48,311 nt of DNA from an uncultured delta proteobacterium (GTDB taxonomy: Bacteria > Desulfobacterota > Desulfuromonadia > Desulfuromonadales > BM103): contig CAVQRZ010000018.1 in NCBI GenBank assembly GCA_963715335.1, forward strand, positions 1-48,311. Reading direction: 5' to 3'. A program made the position numbers and the translations under genes. A model generated the notes under the pieces. The model was not told the DNA's origin, ran no database searches, and was given only the letters and a program-made list of their open reading frames with translations. Of the stretch, positions 47,929 through 48,311 are shown piece by piece (the stretch's first letter is position 1; every line of letters starts with the position of its first letter).

Positions 47929-48099
47929 ATGGTTGACTCTATCGTACGGTTAAAAAATCTTTGTGAAATAATGATTAGTATGGGCTTTGCCGAGTCCGCA
48001 AACGAAAAAGAGATAAAACATTTAATCGCTAGTCTTGAAGCTGTTATTTCTGAAGAAATGAAATTACTCAGAGAACGTGAATCTATGTCTGACACCTGA
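47929..48099 (+). CDS. small hypothetical protein (56 aa)
   Basis: MVDSIVRLKNLCEIMISMGFAESANEKEIKHLIASLEAVISEEMKLLRERESMSDT*; GGAG RBS at 47919-47922. Confidence 0.45.
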   Translation: MVDSIVRLKNLCEIMISMGFAESANEKEIKHLIASLEAVISEEMKLLRERESMSDT

Positions 48100-48311
48100 G
48101 CGACCCTTAAAATTAAATTACTTTCTATCCCACTGGCTTCTACGCAAACCGAACACACCTAATTAGTTACAAATCGAAAATTTCTTAAAAATTTCGACTT
48201 ACATGAAAACGGCCCCCGGGCAAAACCGGGTGGCCATCATTTTGTCGGTTATTTCTATTGATATTCTTAGGTTGCTTCGGGGTGCCTGTCTTGCCCCAAA
48301 TCCGAGCAGAA

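Noticed and set aside
47913..48158. 81-aa minus-strand track ORF
   Set aside because: No RBS; the opposite strand has a better-supported ORF.

Overview
This is a chromosomal segment from a deltaproteobacterium, probably Desulfuromonadales. That call is inferred from gene content and order: a multiheme cytochrome, pgsA-slt/nadB-chorismate mutase, a long PurL and gap-pgk-tpiA-secG-tRNA-Leu. It is mostly housekeeping: queE/queD/yacG, aspC, a tRNA nucleotidyltransferase, an MCE (MlaE/F/D-like) operon, gltX, pgsA, nadB, purB-purL-purQ-purF-pyrE and gap-pgk-tpiA-secG. There are six intact tRNA genes, with small accessory blocks at the 3' ends of tRNA-Gly(CCC), tRNA-Gly(GCC) and tRNA-Leu(GAG). I saw no rRNA, CRISPR array, integrase or transposase. 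Four conserved genes (queE, gltX, MEMO1-like amrB, purB) carry single-base frameshifts, most likely sequencing errors. The most notable observations are: (1) six intergenic palindromic elements built from tandem 7-8-nt repeats, each just upstream of the RBS of a housekeeping gene; (2) an MCE operon lacking mlaA/B/C, with a long 34-aa-repeat MCE protein and an uncharacterised aromatic/proline-repeat exported protein; (3) an att-like copy of the tRNA-Gly 3' end bracketing aspC; (4) a candidate leader ORF plus structured RNA upstream of a Pal-like gene; (5) several unannotated small-protein genes; and (6) a diverged tandem duplication of the tpiA 3' end. All calls were made by eye, without database searches.
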